DNA of 63,996 nt, filler included, from Basidioascus undulatus (GCA_000826855.1; 6 parts of 6 records of this genome joined end to end with filler, not necessarily neighbours in it); one strand, 5' to 3'. Counted from the whole stretch's first letter, positions 13,319 through 26,124 are shown. Notes: generated by a model from the sequence alone, not told the origin. Translations and numbers: made by a program.

Positions 13319-14299
13319 GCGGTCGTCGCTTCGTCTTGTCGTTGGGCGTGGGTGGTGTATGTGGGGGGCACTGTATGCATTACGCACGTCTTCTCTCTTT
13401 CTTCTCTGACTTTACGGTGTATGCGCACGCCATGCTTGAACCGATGCGTCTGTCGAGTGTGGTCGCTTGCTCATCTCGATAGGTTTGATGCACTCACATT
13501 TCGAAACTTCTTGAGCGATATCGATCATTCAACGATAGCATTCCCGTTTGAGAGCCGTCGATCTCTCATGAGCACGCCGCCGTGTTTCTCTCTGATGACT
13601 CTGACGCCCGTTGTGTACGCTCGAGATGCGGTGCAGAGCGGAGGAACGACGGCAAGCCATCGCAACAAATGACTAGAGTCTGATGGGCTACGGAGTCCCG
13701 AGAGTCGTCTGGGGTCGTCCTATGCGCTTCTGTGGATAATGGCCTACGCACACTGTCATCGTGCCTTTCATGCACTACGGTCCTACAGCAGTTCAACTCT
13801 ACATTACGGTTCCCCCAAAGTGAGTATCGCAGCTTTCAGAGGCTCACGAGGGCATCAAGCTCGCTTCGGAGGTTCGATTCCTGGGTATATCGAGTTCGGC
13901 AATCACAAGAGATTGTTTGATTCGCCTTCCTTGTATGTAAAGTCCGCATTTTACTGGCTAGAGTTTGCAAGAACCGTGGAATCTGACGCGCTGGGACTTG
14001 TGGCGCTGGATGGGAACTTCTACATATCTGTCATGGGTTCACGCTCACTCTCCTTCGCGGGACACTTCCGGAGCTGGCCACGCTGCTGAAGGCGGATGGG
14101 ACACAATAAATCGCCGTAGCGTCATTTTGACCCTCGAATGTTTCTGTCCACAAGACGGCGTAAGCAAGAGATTCGACACAAGAATGCGCTGCAGAGTCTG
14201 AATCGTTGATCCAACGCAGATGATGGCAAGACTGCACTCGTTACGTATCTGGGACCCCCGGCGGACAGCTCAGCGCGCTGACGGGAAGCACTATGACGA

Positions 14300-14489
14300 G
14301 GATGGCGATGGTGGCAAAGTGAGCTCCAATTACGGCGAGCGAATAAACTAGCTGGCGCCGAGAGGACCACGAAAGTGAAAATGTGCGCAAGTAGTAAGGC
14401 GACGTGCGATGGCCTTTCGTGGTCCTCTCAGCGCCAGCTAGGTTATACGCTCGCCGTCGTTGGAGCCCTATTTGGCACCATCTCCATCC
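14300..14489. repeat. Long inverted repeat (76-bp arms, 38-nt loop)
   Basis: 14300-14375 matches the reverse complement of 14414-14489 without gaps, about 10 mismatches by hand count. Confidence 0.9.
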
Positions 14490-14742
14490 CCGAGAAAGAT
14501 ATCGGAGATTGCTGAGGATTGAGCGTGACCGCCAAGGCGATCAAGCTGAGGCGCTCCAGACGCGAGCCAAGTCACATACATACATACCCATGACGAGCAC
14601 CTGATTGGGGAGAGTCGTGTACGAAGAGAACTCGTACGGGTCGACGTGAGGTGCGAGGCGCGTCAGAAATGGCGGGAGTGCGATCGCCTGGTTGAGGCGA
14701 AACCCCAATGCAAGATTGTCAGCTCTACCAACACCCAAAGTG

Positions 14743-14842
14743 NNNNNNNNNNNNNNNNNNNNNNNNNNNNNNNNNNNNNNNNNNNNTTAATTAATTAANN
14801 NNNNNNNNNNNNNNNNNNNNNNNNNNNNNNNNNNNNNNNNNN
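14743..14842. other. Artificial contig linker
   Basis: N44-TTAATTAATTAA-N44. Confidence 0.98.
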
Positions 14843-15511
14843 CGTCATGCGCATGCCCTCCCCCTCTTGCAATCACGACCTCTCGCGCAAGTCCTCCAGC
14901 CGGACCCCATACCGCTGCGCAATCCCCCAGCACGTGTCGCCCTGGACGATCCTGTGCTCCTTCTGGCCGTCCGCACACCGCACGGGCGCCGGCGACGGCG
15001 AAGAGGGCAGAACAAGGCGCATGACGAGAAGGAGGAACACGCATACGAGGAGGAAGAAGGGGAAGATGAGACGGTAAGGTGAGGTCGCGGGCGAGGGCGA
15101 GGGCGAGGGCGAGGGCGAGGTGTTGCGAGGCGCTGTAATGCAGGTTAGGGTTGTGAGATGTGGTAAGTAGTATGATTCGGGATGGGAGATCAAGGCGCAC
15201 CAGGACCAAGATACTCTATGCGCCCACCAAACTCAGCTCCGGGCTCGCCGAGCCAGAGACCCTGCTCGCCGAACGGAGGTAAAGGCAGCGGTTCAGCGCG
15301 CAGGAAGGGGATAGGGTAGGCGAGCGAGGCGAGCGGACCTCCTCGTCCTGGAATGTATAGCGCTGCGTGTCCGAATCGTACCCAACGCGCTTCATTCCCT
15401 CCGGGAGGCGGTACTCGTCCTGCTCGGCGCACGCCCAAGCTCAAATTCAGCGTGCACGGGGTGGGATGAGGGTGGGGGACGCACCGCATCGTACCGCGTC
15501 CAGCGGCCCAT
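14843..15511 (-). CDS. Membrane-anchored LysM (CBM50) domain protein, 3' truncated
   Basis: MGRWTRYDA|DEYRLPEGMKRVGYDSDTQRYTF N-terminus typical of this fungal family, a TM segment LIFPFFLLVCVFLLLVM, and LysM HRIVQGDTCWGIAQRYGVRLEDL. Confidence 0.88.
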
Positions 15512-16678
15512 TGTCAAGCGGGAATGAATGGAGATTAGGATGAGAGGATGTGAATGGGTCTTAGAGGTGAGATGGGAGGTGGGAGGTGAGAAGGGAAGGT
15601 GTCGAAGGTGAGTGTGCGAGTGCGAAGCGGAGCTGTGGAGGTGACGGCGAGGCAGGCCGTGTTGCTGTCACCGTGTGGTGAGCGGCAAACAGCGAATGCC
15701 GTTAGGAAGGACACAAAGCACGTTCGTGTCACTGTGAAAAGTATTTTCTGTTGTGATGTAGAAGTAACAGCCAGTACGGCCAGCCGGATCAGGCTGCAGG
15801 CTGTGACGGCAGTGTGCAACTGCACGCGTGCCTCAACTGCCAGCGTATCGCTGCGGCGGCTTGGACAGCCAAACCGTCCGAACACGGCGGGAACGCCTAA
15901 GGTGCATTGTTCCTCTTAAATTACGTCGACCAATCACTGAAAGCGCTGTGTTGACATGTTTTCAACGACAACTTGAGCATGAGCCATATCTCGCTTCGCA
16001 TGATGTTGTGGGTCTTGGTAGCGTAGTAGATGTAGAATTTGCAGCGCAGTAATAAATACTTACCAAAACTTCATAACAGTTCTTCCTCTCCTAAAGCTAG
16101 TCGAAGGAGAGGCAGCGGCCCCGGTCAGTGTGTGAACGGGCCTGTTGTGCCGAAGTTCTCTAGGCAACTTCAGTGCCTCTTACCCGCCACAAGATGGCAA
16201 ATGGGAAGGAAAATGTAGAATTGGGGGGCTTAAATCTTCTTCTGAAAGCAGGGGAGGCAATCGGCACGAGCTCGCAGTCTCTTCAAGTCTCTTCGAGTCG
16301 AATCTTGACAGAGTACAGTGACAGAGGCCACTGGACCTCTCCGCACCTCTTCCCCATTCCTCATCCACCACAAGTCCGACCATGATGGGACATGAGCCAT
16401 AAATGTCTCCCTCCACCATCCGGTACTCCCGATCATTCTCACCACCATTCCCACGACGTCGCCATCCTGGCCGGCGCCGGAGGCTGCACTCGCGACGCGC
16501 ACTCCTCCGTCTTCCCGAATCGTCGCCCATCCTCTTCGGACGTCCTTCGCTCAAGAACTGACTGACTTCACGCTCCTCTTTATATTCTCTCCCTCTAAGC
16601 ACATTCTTCTTCCTCTCCAGCATCACCAACACCTTCCATACCAACACATTCCATACACTCCTCAGACCAAATCCAACG

Positions 16679-17098
16679 ATGATCCCTACCCTCCCCCGCT
16701 TCGCCGCCTCTGCCGCCTCTGTTGGTGCCAAACCGCGGAGCAACGGCTTCATTGCACAGATTAAGGCTCACCCTGAGGTCTGTATTCTCCTGTGACGTTC
16801 TGTAAAGCAGGAGGTGAAGCTGATGGATTGAGCACACACGCAGGTGACGCCTATCGTGGCGATCGTCTCGTTCGCGCTCGGCTGGGCGGGGTACCACATG
16901 GGTCGGGGGCTGATGGTAAACGACGTGGTCATTGACCGGGTACGTCTGGAGTTCCCGTGCTCTCTCTTTTGGGAAGATCAGGAATGAAAACGGGTTGGGA
17001 AACAGAGCGACCCCTTCCCGTACCAGAAGACGCCGACGAAGTCGCTCACGCTTGAGCAGGCGCTCAAGGAGGGACGCGCGGGGAGCTCCAGCCTGTGA
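16679..17098 (+). CDS. NDUFA4/B12D (COXFA4)-like small mitochondrial membrane protein, 3 exons
   Basis: Spliced MIPTLPRF...IKAHPE|VTPIVAIVSFALGWAGYHMGRGLMVNDVVIDR|SDPFPYQK...SSSL*. The HPE-TM-DV.xDR..P.P pattern fits the family. Confidence 0.7.
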
Positions 17099-17753
17099 TA
17101 TGGAATGGGTGGGAACCCATTGCTGTAACGGTAATATTGAAACCAGGGTATAGAAGGGCTGAGGCGAGATGAGAATCATGGACAGACGTCTGAGGTACCG
17201 CCTGCTGTGCACTGGTTTGTGTGAAAGTGGCGGAGAGTGTGCGTGACAGCGATCAACGCGACAGTGGATTAGAATATCGCCACATGTAGTGCTTCTTAAA
17301 AGAGAATCAGAGTTGGATGATTGCGAGCAGCGAAGAGTGATCAATCTCAGCTGCTGACCTGTTCCACAACGGGTCTTGCACTGGCCAGCACTGGCCTTGT
17401 TTCAACCGGGGTTCTCAAGGGTTCAGCACGCCTAGGCTTGAGGTGCGTCTTGCCGCCGCCGCGCTTGGCCGACTCCGCGGTCAGCGTTGGTCAGCGTTAA
17501 GTCTTCTTCTCTGCTCCATCACCACCCGAAGACTCTCCAGTCCTGCTTCGATCGCCCGGCAGAAGATCTAATTCGCAGCACATTCTTTGATCGGGCTCAT
17601 CTGCTCTACCTCAGTTACCGCTCTCACAGCCCGCTCGTCGCTTGTCGGTTTCTGACTTGAAACGAAGTGTGTAACCCCTTGCGCGTTCAACATGCTTCGC
17701 CAGGATCACACTCGCTGACGCCTTGACGCTCTCTCAGACTCAGAACGGCAGAC

Positions 17754-18900
17754 GTGTCATCCTCGCGCGTCCCGCCTGAAGTGTGGGACCGCATATTCTG
17801 CTATGCGATCGGCTCGGACAGCGAAGAACCGCTCGTCCCAGATGACGACTCGAAACGGGCTCGGCGGAGTCTGCCCTTAGTCTGTCGGAGCTGGAATGTG
17901 CGTGTGCCCATGTTGTGCCTTTTCTGCTCGGCGTCTCTACTAACGACAGCGCTCATCCCATAGGCCGCCAGCAAAGGTCTCCTTCACCCTAAAATCTGCA
18001 TCGGTAGACGACCAGGGGGCAGCGCCCGTGACGAGCACGGCCATTTGGTTAAGAGGCTGGCCATCCGCTTCGACGAGCTCGCCGCTAAAGGCTCGCTGCT
18101 CCCGTGGGAGGTGCGCGCGCTCGCGCTATACTCGACTTGCGACCGTTCCCCATCCATCGGCGCCGCCGTCTGCCGCATCCTCTCGCACACGAAGCGCCTC
18201 GAATCCTTCGCCACCATGGCCGATCTCTCCTTCCCTTGGCTTTCGATACTCGTACATCGGGCGTCCACAACCCTGACGTACCTCGACCTTACCATCGATG
18301 GCGCCTATGCCCGCCCTCGTCTCAACTCGCCCGTCTACCTCCTCGCCTTCGTCTCGCCGACGGCTCGTATTGCCGCAATTACGAGGAGCATGATCTCACC
18401 ACCCTGACGCGCCTCTCGCTCCCGAGTCTTCGTGACTTCGAGCTCGTCATCACCTCGACCGAGCTCGACACATACGACGATGGCTTCCCGCTTTTATGCC
18501 TCGTGGATAACGCCTTGTGTCTCTCGCTTGTGCGGCTCCGCATGGAGGGCGGGCATTGCTGGGATGAGGATGGGAGTGAAGAGGTCCGCCCTTTCCGACC
18601 GACACTCCGCACGCTCTCACTTCGCCTCCCGTACGACAACATCTTCCTCGACCTGGCCATTCTCGCACCAAACCTCGTCGAGCTCACTTTTGAATTCTCT
18701 CAAGCGCGCTTCGACGTCGAGGAGGAGTCTCGGGACTACCGCTTGCGCCATCTCTTCGTGGGACGTCTACCTCCACATCGCGCTCTAGGAGGGAACGCCG
18801 TACCTCTTCCTCGTTCCGTCCGCGCTCGGATGACACTGGACTTTGATGTGCGTCTTCCCTGTCCTTCATCGAAACTTCTTCAAAGCCTGCTGATCGGCCA
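17754..18900 (+). CDS. F-box/LRR-like protein, possibly degenerate
   Basis: RVPPEVWDRIF...LPLVCRSWN F-box signature followed by LRR-like segments (LTYLDL, LPSLRDFEL, LAPNLVELTF). A frame change near 18400 is not clearly explained by an intron. Confidence 0.55.
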
Positions 18901-19199
18901 AGGCTTACCCTGTTCAGTATGATCCGGACACGCCCCCATGCAAAACTAAGCGCACGTCGGCTTCTGCAGCGGGGCGGAGAAGGTCTTCTCGGATGTCGGG
19001 CCAAGGTGGGGCCGCGCAGTCTGAGGCGCACGAGTCTGACTCGGAAAGCGACGATATGGTGCGCCCTTCCCCCTTCCGATCATGTCTGCATGAAGCTTAA
19101 CAACTCATTTGCTCAGTAATTCTGCAGCGCTCGATGGTTACCCCCGCCGCCTCTTCGTCACATAGCTCTGGTCCCGCCCATCGCACCTGTCTGTCCTCA

Positions 19200-19593
19200 T
19201 CCTCGTCCACGGGCACCCGAGCCTGCACCTGCCGTCCCCCAACCGGCGTCTGAAGTCGTCGCCGTTGCCTCGCCGCCGCCCGCACCCGCACCCGCACCCG
19301 CACCGCCAGCCGCGCTGCTAGCCGCGCTGCTAACCGCGCTCGCGCCAGCCGCCCCCGACCTCTCCCTGGACACCTTCCTCGCGTCGCTCTCTTTCCCCTC
19401 ACGCGGTGGGTGTCGACGTTCGAGGCGCTGGGCATGGACGACCCCGCGGGTCTTCGCGCAATGGCTTGCGATGCACGCACGCGGCGGACATGACGAGAAG
19501 CTGAGGAAGGAGGGGCTCACGCCGGTGCAGCTTTCGAGCTTGAAGCATGGTTTGGCGGACTTGGAGAGGTCGGTCAAGGGCGAGGCGGTCTAG
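19200..19593 (+). pseudogene. Frameshifted fragment with a SAM-like C-terminal helical domain
   Basis: LDTFLASLSF / RWVSTFEALGMDDPAGLRAMA / LRKEGLTPVQLSSLKHGL lie in different frames. Confidence 0.3.
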
Positions 19594-20075
19594 GGTGGTC
19601 TGCATCTGCGTTGTGTTCCGGTGGATGGATGTTTGTCTACTGCCTGCGTTGCTGCACTCTGGTTTGGGGCGGGCTTGATTGCTTTGAACGACTCGAGAAC
19701 TCGTAAGTGTTTGCTGCCTTTGTCCTCTGGAAGCAGTCTCGTTCTCGAGGTCAAGGGCGGCAACTTTCCGCTCCGACTGGGCCTTCCTTCAGTATCTATC
19801 CTTTCCTCCTGCTGATAGACCAGTACAGGCCATATTGTTGTCCAGCATTTTTCCGATGATTTTCTCTCTCCATCTTTGCATCTTTCGCCTTCACAACCTT
19901 CACATCTTATCACACGCTCTGACCCGCGGCCGCCACAAATTTCCCTGCCCCTGGTTTCGAACCCCACCTCCACCTAACTGCGCTAGTTCGCTCACTCACT
20001 CTTCACAATATCTCTTTCTTCTCCTTTCGCCTCTCCGTCTTCTTCTCCTTTATCTCTTCGAACCGCAGCTCCATA

Positions 20076-21679
20076 ATGTCGCGCTCGCAATCCGCTCTCT
20101 TCAGCCCGCTGACCATCGGCGCGCTTCCCCTTGCACACCGCGTCATTCTTGCACCCCTCACCCGCAACCGAGCGGCTCCTTCGAAAAAGCACCCTCACAC
20201 ATACGTCCCGGGTGCTCTGAACGCGGAATATTACGCCCAGCGCACTACGCGCGGCGGCTTGCTCATCAGCGAGGGAACGTGCGTGTTTTCGCAGCGCAGT
20301 CTCTTTCTCGTAGCAGACGGCCTCACTGCAATGGGTCGTTCGGGGAAATACAGGGCTGTTAACCTGAAGGGAGCCGGCGTGCCCGGTATCCCAGGCCTCT
20401 TCACTGAGGAGCAGATCGAAGGCTGGACGCAAGTTACGGATGCAGTGCACGCGAAGGGCGGGCTTATTGTTGCGCAGCGTGCGTACCTTTCATCACTTTC
20501 CCCCATTTCTTGCTCACTCTGAAAATATCTCAGTCTGGCACGCCGGCCGTACCACCCACTCATCTGTCTCCAGCCTCCCTCCTCAATCCTCTTCCGCCGT
20601 CCCCATCACGGACTCCGCTTTCCAAGTTCGGAACGACGCGGCCGACCTGATGGAGCCTCAGCCGTTCGAGACTCCGCTGGAGATGACCTGCGAGGACATC
20701 AAGCGTGTCCAGACGGACTACGTCGAGGCAGCGAAGAATGCTTTGCGGGCGGGCTTCGACGGCATCGAGATCCACGCAGCAAACGGGTACGTTCCACCGA
20801 TGTCTATTGTGTCCAAAACCTGACTGAAATTTTGTACAGATACCTGATCGACCAGTTCCACCACTCTAACGTGAACCGTCGAGACGACGCCTACGGCGGC
20901 GATATCTGGCGAAGGTCCAGGTTCACCATCGAGCTCGCGCAGTTGATCGGGGAGGCGATCGGGTTGGACCGCGTGGGGTACGTGTTGCTTTACGGTCCCT
21001 AAAAATGAAAGCCTGATCCTTATGAAGTCTTTCTCCAGGGTCCGTCTCGCTCCTTTCGGGTATTTCAACCAGGTTCGCTCGCCTTCCCAGCTGCTTCGAT
21101 GCGTTGCGGCTGATCTTCCACTGACAGACTCGCGGCGACGAGCGCGAGGCTCAATGGACGTACCTCTGTTCGGAGCTGTCTCGGCTGGGTGTCGCCTACG
21201 TGCACCTCATCGAGCCGCGTTTCGACGAGATCCGGTCTGAGCAAGAGAAGCTTGCAACGTTGGAGCAGAAGGACGGCCTGTCGGAAGCGCAAATCTCGCT
21301 GAAGCCGGTATGTCACGCCTTTCTTGCGGTATTTAAGCAGAGTTACTGAAATACTCTTGATGCCAGTATCGTGCTGCGCTTGGAAAGACGCCCTGCATCG
21401 TCGCAGGCGGCTACAACCCGCAGAACTGCTGGGACGGCATCGAGCGCGGAGAGCACGACGCGATCGCGTTTGGACGTTACTTCTGCTCGAACGGCGACTT
21501 GGTCGATCGCCTCAGGGATGATAAGCCGCTGTACCACTACAGTACGTCCTGACTTATCTGTGACCTTTCAAGTCTCTGACGAGCTTCTGGCACGCGTTGC
21601 AGACCGTTCCAGGTTCTATGGACCGTTTGCGGATCAGGAGATCGGCTACACTGTTCACCCTGAGCAGAAGGAACAATAG
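20076..21679 (+). CDS. NADH:flavin oxidoreductase (old yellow enzyme family), multi-exon
   Basis: LFSPLTIG..LAHRVILAPLTRNRA, EYYAQR, WHAGR, AGFDGIEIHAANGYLIDQF, AFGRYF, DRSRFYGP. Confidence 0.95.
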
Positions 21680-22095
21680 ACAATGCATTATTGGATACGC
21701 ATCGATGGCATAAATCCGAGCTTTCTTTACGAATGTGTCTGCAGAAGAGTCGGTGCGGGGTTGAAAAGGTGCCGCTGCCCCTCATATTCCTGATCAAGAC
21801 ATGATCGTCCAGAGAGAACAGTGAACTCTGGCGCTCGCACCGCAACAAGAATGCAACCTTCAGGTTACGGACCTCAAGGGAACGCAGCACAGATGAGATA
21901 GGCTCGCGGTCTTCTGAGTGATGTCTGTGCTGAGCACGAGATTTCAGCTAGCTGGTCGGTATATGACAAAAAAGTACTTTCTTGGTAAAAATAGATTGTT
22001 CACCAATTATACGTAAAGAATCCTAGCGAACCAGAAGTTACAGGCGGGCTGCGACCGGCCGAGCGAGACCGGCCGCGCAGATTATTACTAGCGAG

Positions 22096-22161
<66 letters not shown>
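22096..22161. repeat. (ATT)22 microsatellite at contig end
   Basis: Perfect ATT run up to the gap. Confidence 0.95.
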
Positions 22162-22261
22162 NNNNNNNNNNNNNNNNNNNNNNNNNNNNNNNNNNNNNNN
22201 NNNNNTTAATTAATTAANNNNNNNNNNNNNNNNNNNNNNNNNNNNNNNNNNNNNNNNNNNN
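22162..22261. other. Artificial contig linker
   Basis: N44-TTAATTAATTAA-N44. Confidence 0.98.
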
Positions 22262-22864
22262 CTCCAAATCCCTCTCCAGCGCGCGCACAAGCTCCTCCAC
22301 CCCTCCTCCTCCTCCTCCTCCTCCCCCGCCGGCCCCACCTTCTCAGAGCTCTCCGCCGCAGCGGCCGCCCCTCCTGCCGCCTCCGCGCCCGCCCCCCTCC
22401 TTGCGCCGGGGTACCACGCGCTCTCTCTCCCGCCGTCGTCCGACCCGCTCCTCGCGTACCTCACGAACCTGATCATGCAGTCTGGCAAGAAGGCGCGCGC
22501 GCAGAAGTACCTCTCGCTCACGCTGCGGGAGATCCAGCTCCTTACGTCCGCGACGCGCGACCCCGTCCCTCTCCTCCGCGACGCGCTCCGCACCGCCGCG
22601 CCCGCGATGCGCCTCCGCTCGAGCAAGCAGCACAACAAGACGGTCCACACGCCCCAGGCGCTCAGCGAGAAGCAGGGCGTCCGCCAGGCCTGGGTCTGGA
22701 TCGTCGCGCAGAGTGATCGCAGGAACGAGAGGTACTTCTGGCAGCGCCTCGCGAGGGAGATTCTTGCGGTCGCCGAAGGGAGCAGCGAGGTCTTGAAGAA
22801 GAAGGAGGAGGCCCACAAGCTGGGAATGATGAACAGGGCGAACTTGGTCGTCAGGAGGCGGTGA
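22262..22864 (+). CDS. RSM7: Mitochondrial ribosomal protein uS7m, 5' truncated
   Basis: DPLLAYLTNLIMQSGKKARAQK...P.ALSEKQ..RQA..WI...RLAREI.AV..G.S..LKKKEE.HK....NRAN, the uS7 signature. Confidence 0.9.
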   Translation, partial: LQIPLQRAHKLLHPSSSSSSSPAGPTFSELSAAAAAPPAASAPAPLLAPGYHALSLPPSSDPLLAYLTNLIMQSGKKARAQKYLSLTLREIQLLTSATRDPVPLLRDALRTAAPAMRLRSSKQHNKTVHTPQALSEKQGVRQAWVWIVAQSDRRNERYFWQRLAREILAVAEGSSEVLKKKEEAHKLGMMNRANLVVRRR

Positions 22865-24099
22865 GCGGTGGGGTGGGTGGGGGACCATGGATGGACGGAC
22901 AGGGACATGCATCGTCGCAGCAGGTTCGCATCTTCTTTATCGTCTGCTCCTTGGACCGGCTCGTGAATCCCGGGCGCCTAAACTACTTACAACCCTTCGT
23001 CCCATCAACCATCGCTTCCTCCGCTCGATCGCCCCCCTCGCCGACCTGACATGCCTCTATCATGACCGCTCACACCTGAGCTACAAAGTACTTCTCGATC
23101 AACATCCTCCGTTTTCGCTCTTGATCAACGCCAGCCCAACTTGCCCTTGCTTTCGCCGTTCCACTTTCCGCTTGCAGCAACGCCCTATTGTTTTTCGCGG
23201 ACGGGCGGCAAATGCACTGCCTGTACTCCCCCGCCGGGCATTGACGTATGGAACGAGGATCCGCACCCTTCTTTCTGCTGCTCCCACCATACTCGCATTC
23301 GCGTGGAGATCTGCACGCGACGTTGTCGCTATGCGCAGTGGGTGCGGTGTCGTCGTCCACGCTGCGAGCCGCTTACCTACCTCTCAGGCCTCAACTCGAC
23401 CCGCACACATTACCGGAGCCGGGCGGCCGACATTTCATTCTCGTCTGCAGCAACGGTAGTCGGACAAAACTTTCGTGTCTGAGCTCATTTAATCGTAGGT
23501 CAGGCTGCCCTGTACGCAAGTGGCGGATCATCAGGCTCGAAGCGACGCGCAGTTTGCCATCGCGGAGGAGGCGGCAAGGACCCCATCCCCGCCCTGCGCG
23601 CGCCTATCTCCTCTGCTGAAAGTGCTTCCGTCTTACCGACAAAGCACTTACTCGAGGCAGGAAACTGCCAGCATTCCTTCAGGGGACGTTGTCAGCCAGC
23701 ACAGCTCTGAGACCGCTTCTTGAAATCCGGCTGTGTCAGCCAGAGGATCTACGGTCCTGGAGACGTGACCGCTCAGAGTGGTGGCCTATGTAATTTAAGT
23801 TTTGGACAAAGCACGGCCTTTGAGTATGTCCAGCTCGCGGGCGGCCTTGGGGAGCGGTTGCGAGCGGGATGTCCCGTGCAAATAACCGCTCGTTGCTCAT
23901 TGGCTCACCCATGGGAACTCGACAAGCTTGAATGTGAGCGTAAATTACCAAAATACACTTCTTAACATCGCTTGAATAGGCGACCAGAGCCGTGAGTGGG
24001 CTTTCGCGGAAGAAGGGACAAAGATGATGAGACTTCAGACAGGCGACAGTCGACCACGACACTTTCTGTGCTCAGCTCCGTCCCTCATCACATACAAGC

Positions 24100-25450
24100 A
24101 CCTTACACATCTACTTTCATCGCTCACTCTGAGGCTCATGTTCATTCCGCCACAGCCAGGCTTCATCGACTCTGCAGCGCGAGACGCAGTCTACACCGCC
24201 TTTTGGGGCTCGAACTGTTCCAAACCGCTGATCTGCACCACCCAGCTAAGAGGAACGTTTCCAGCGCCTGAACAAGGAGCTCGGCGGACGCCCAAGCTCC
24301 TGGAATGGTCTATATAGCGCGCAGGCAGACGACCTCAAGCTGCTGTCCGACACCAAAGACGAGTACCTTCTTGGCTGCTTCAAGCCGTGGACGTGGGGAA
24401 ACCGGGAGGAATGCGAGAGGTTGAACGGGAATATGGAGACGCTGCGAGGAAGGATGAAGGAGAGGGAAAAGGATTTGAGTGCGCCAAACCTTTCCCTAAT
24501 ATTCCATGGATGACAATCAAAATTATTACTCCTCATCTAACCTTAGTGCTGTACGTCGTACGATCATTCTGGATGATCGAGCGAGGGATATTTGGAGGGA
24601 AGTTCCTGAACATCTCGGTACACCGTTTCGCGCTGCAGCACGTGTCTGTAAGGCGGCATGCTAAACATCTCTTTTTTTGACTCGTGCACCGCCGGCTTCC
24701 ACAGACCGTCCTCGAAGCACTACACAACCTGCTAGTCCTCCAGACGACTCTCCAAGCTCCCCCATACCGTCGCGCATAGCCACGCCTCGGCACACGACGC
24801 CGAGGCAACTCCGGTTGAGAACGAGGAGCACGTCCCGCTCTTGCGTCCACCGGGTACGGGGGAAACTTGGGCAGAGTACGCCCCAGCTACTTCTGGAACG
24901 ACAGCACTAGAGTCTCAGGGCGCCGCGACGAGGCGGCAGAGGCGAGGAGTAGCAGAGGGAAATGACGGCGAGTCTTGGTAGTTGTCGAACGCTTGAATGC
25001 CCACTCTTTGCTCTCTGCGGGTGGCACAAGGAATGTCAGCCCGCTTTTCTCAGTCAGCCTGTAATCTCTTCAGTTTATATTCTGAGGCGACTGAGCGATG
25101 GCAAGGAAAAGATGGCCGTTCTGAGGCGCGAGCCGTCTGCATGCTTGACCGTTGCTGATGAGCGGTGTGTCTAGCCGGCTCTGGAGGGCCTCAAACAACG
25201 GCTGACCGATAACACCGCCGAGACCACCCGCTTCGCTGGTACCCCGAGCAGAAATGAACTCGAGGGGAGAGCAGTCGCTCTGGCGGGTGGCGAGGAACGG
25301 AGTGGCAACGGCGCAGCCGGTACCGACGAGAACCTGAAGGACATGCAGTTACAGATAGGTTTGAAGGACTGGGAGGTGATTGGTGGGGAGCTGGTGGATA
25401 CGTACAATGCAAGCGAAGATCCCAAGGCGCATCTTGAAAACTTTTCGTAG
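24100..25450 (+). pseudogene. Exon-like remnants of an unknown gene
   Basis: Protein-like stretches (DDLKLLSDTKDEYLLGCFKPW; DENLKDMQLQIGLKDWEVIGGELVD) are interrupted by stops. No family recognised. Confidence 0.2.
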
Positions 25451-26124
25451 GTAAAAGGAAGGAAGAAAGAAAGAACAGGACGTGATGAAGTGACATGGAT
25501 GGAAGCGTGGGGTCTTTGTGCTTGCCCGGGAGCAAGGGGCGACTTCAAGCGCTTATCGCACACTGCCAGAGTGTAGGGGACCTAATTCTGAACAAAATAT
25601 AAAGCAAAAGAATTACTTAGTCACGCAGTATCAAGAGTGAAGAGGGAGCGACCTCGGCACGACAGTGAATAAGCATTTCGGCACCAAACGCCACGGCGAC
25701 TTCGAGGCTCGAGCAAACCGGTTTGTTGGCCTATATGTCACAGAACATCAATATGAAAGACCCACCACCAGCCCAGTAATTGGGAGTTTGGAACGGATGT
25801 GCATGCTCCGGAAAGGACCCGACATGCCAATGGATAGGGGCTACACGCCCGACCAGGAAAGCTGCAAGCGTGACGAATTGACCACAGCTGTAATCACTCA
25901 CAAAGGAGCGCTGCCATACTTGGCATTTGAATGCTTTCCCCAGGCATCCTGATTCGAGCATCGTGCGCAGCAAAAATCAACGGTGCATGTCGGTTGCATC
26001 TCGGGATCGCACACCACGTTGATGACGCGGTCGAACCGTAAAGATCAACTTGTTGACGCAGAAGACTATAATATTTCCTTCCAGAGTATAGGCTAATCAA
26101 TACAAAGTGAAGTGGGACTGGGCC

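Noticed and set aside
13592..13683. Possible box C/D snoRNA (TGATGA...CTGA)
   Set aside because: The C box lacks the 5' purine, there is no convincing terminal stem, and putative rRNA complementarity is only ~8-9 nt.
13871..13881. B-box-like GGTTCGATTCC (tRNA or SINE?)
   Set aside because: The T-stem pairs only 3 bp, and no acceptor stem or cloverleaf can be built.
15620..15830. Cluster of GTGACGG/GTGACAG-like motifs upstream of the LysM gene
   Set aside because: Few copies, irregular spacing, and no terminal repeats; indistinguishable from chance by eye.
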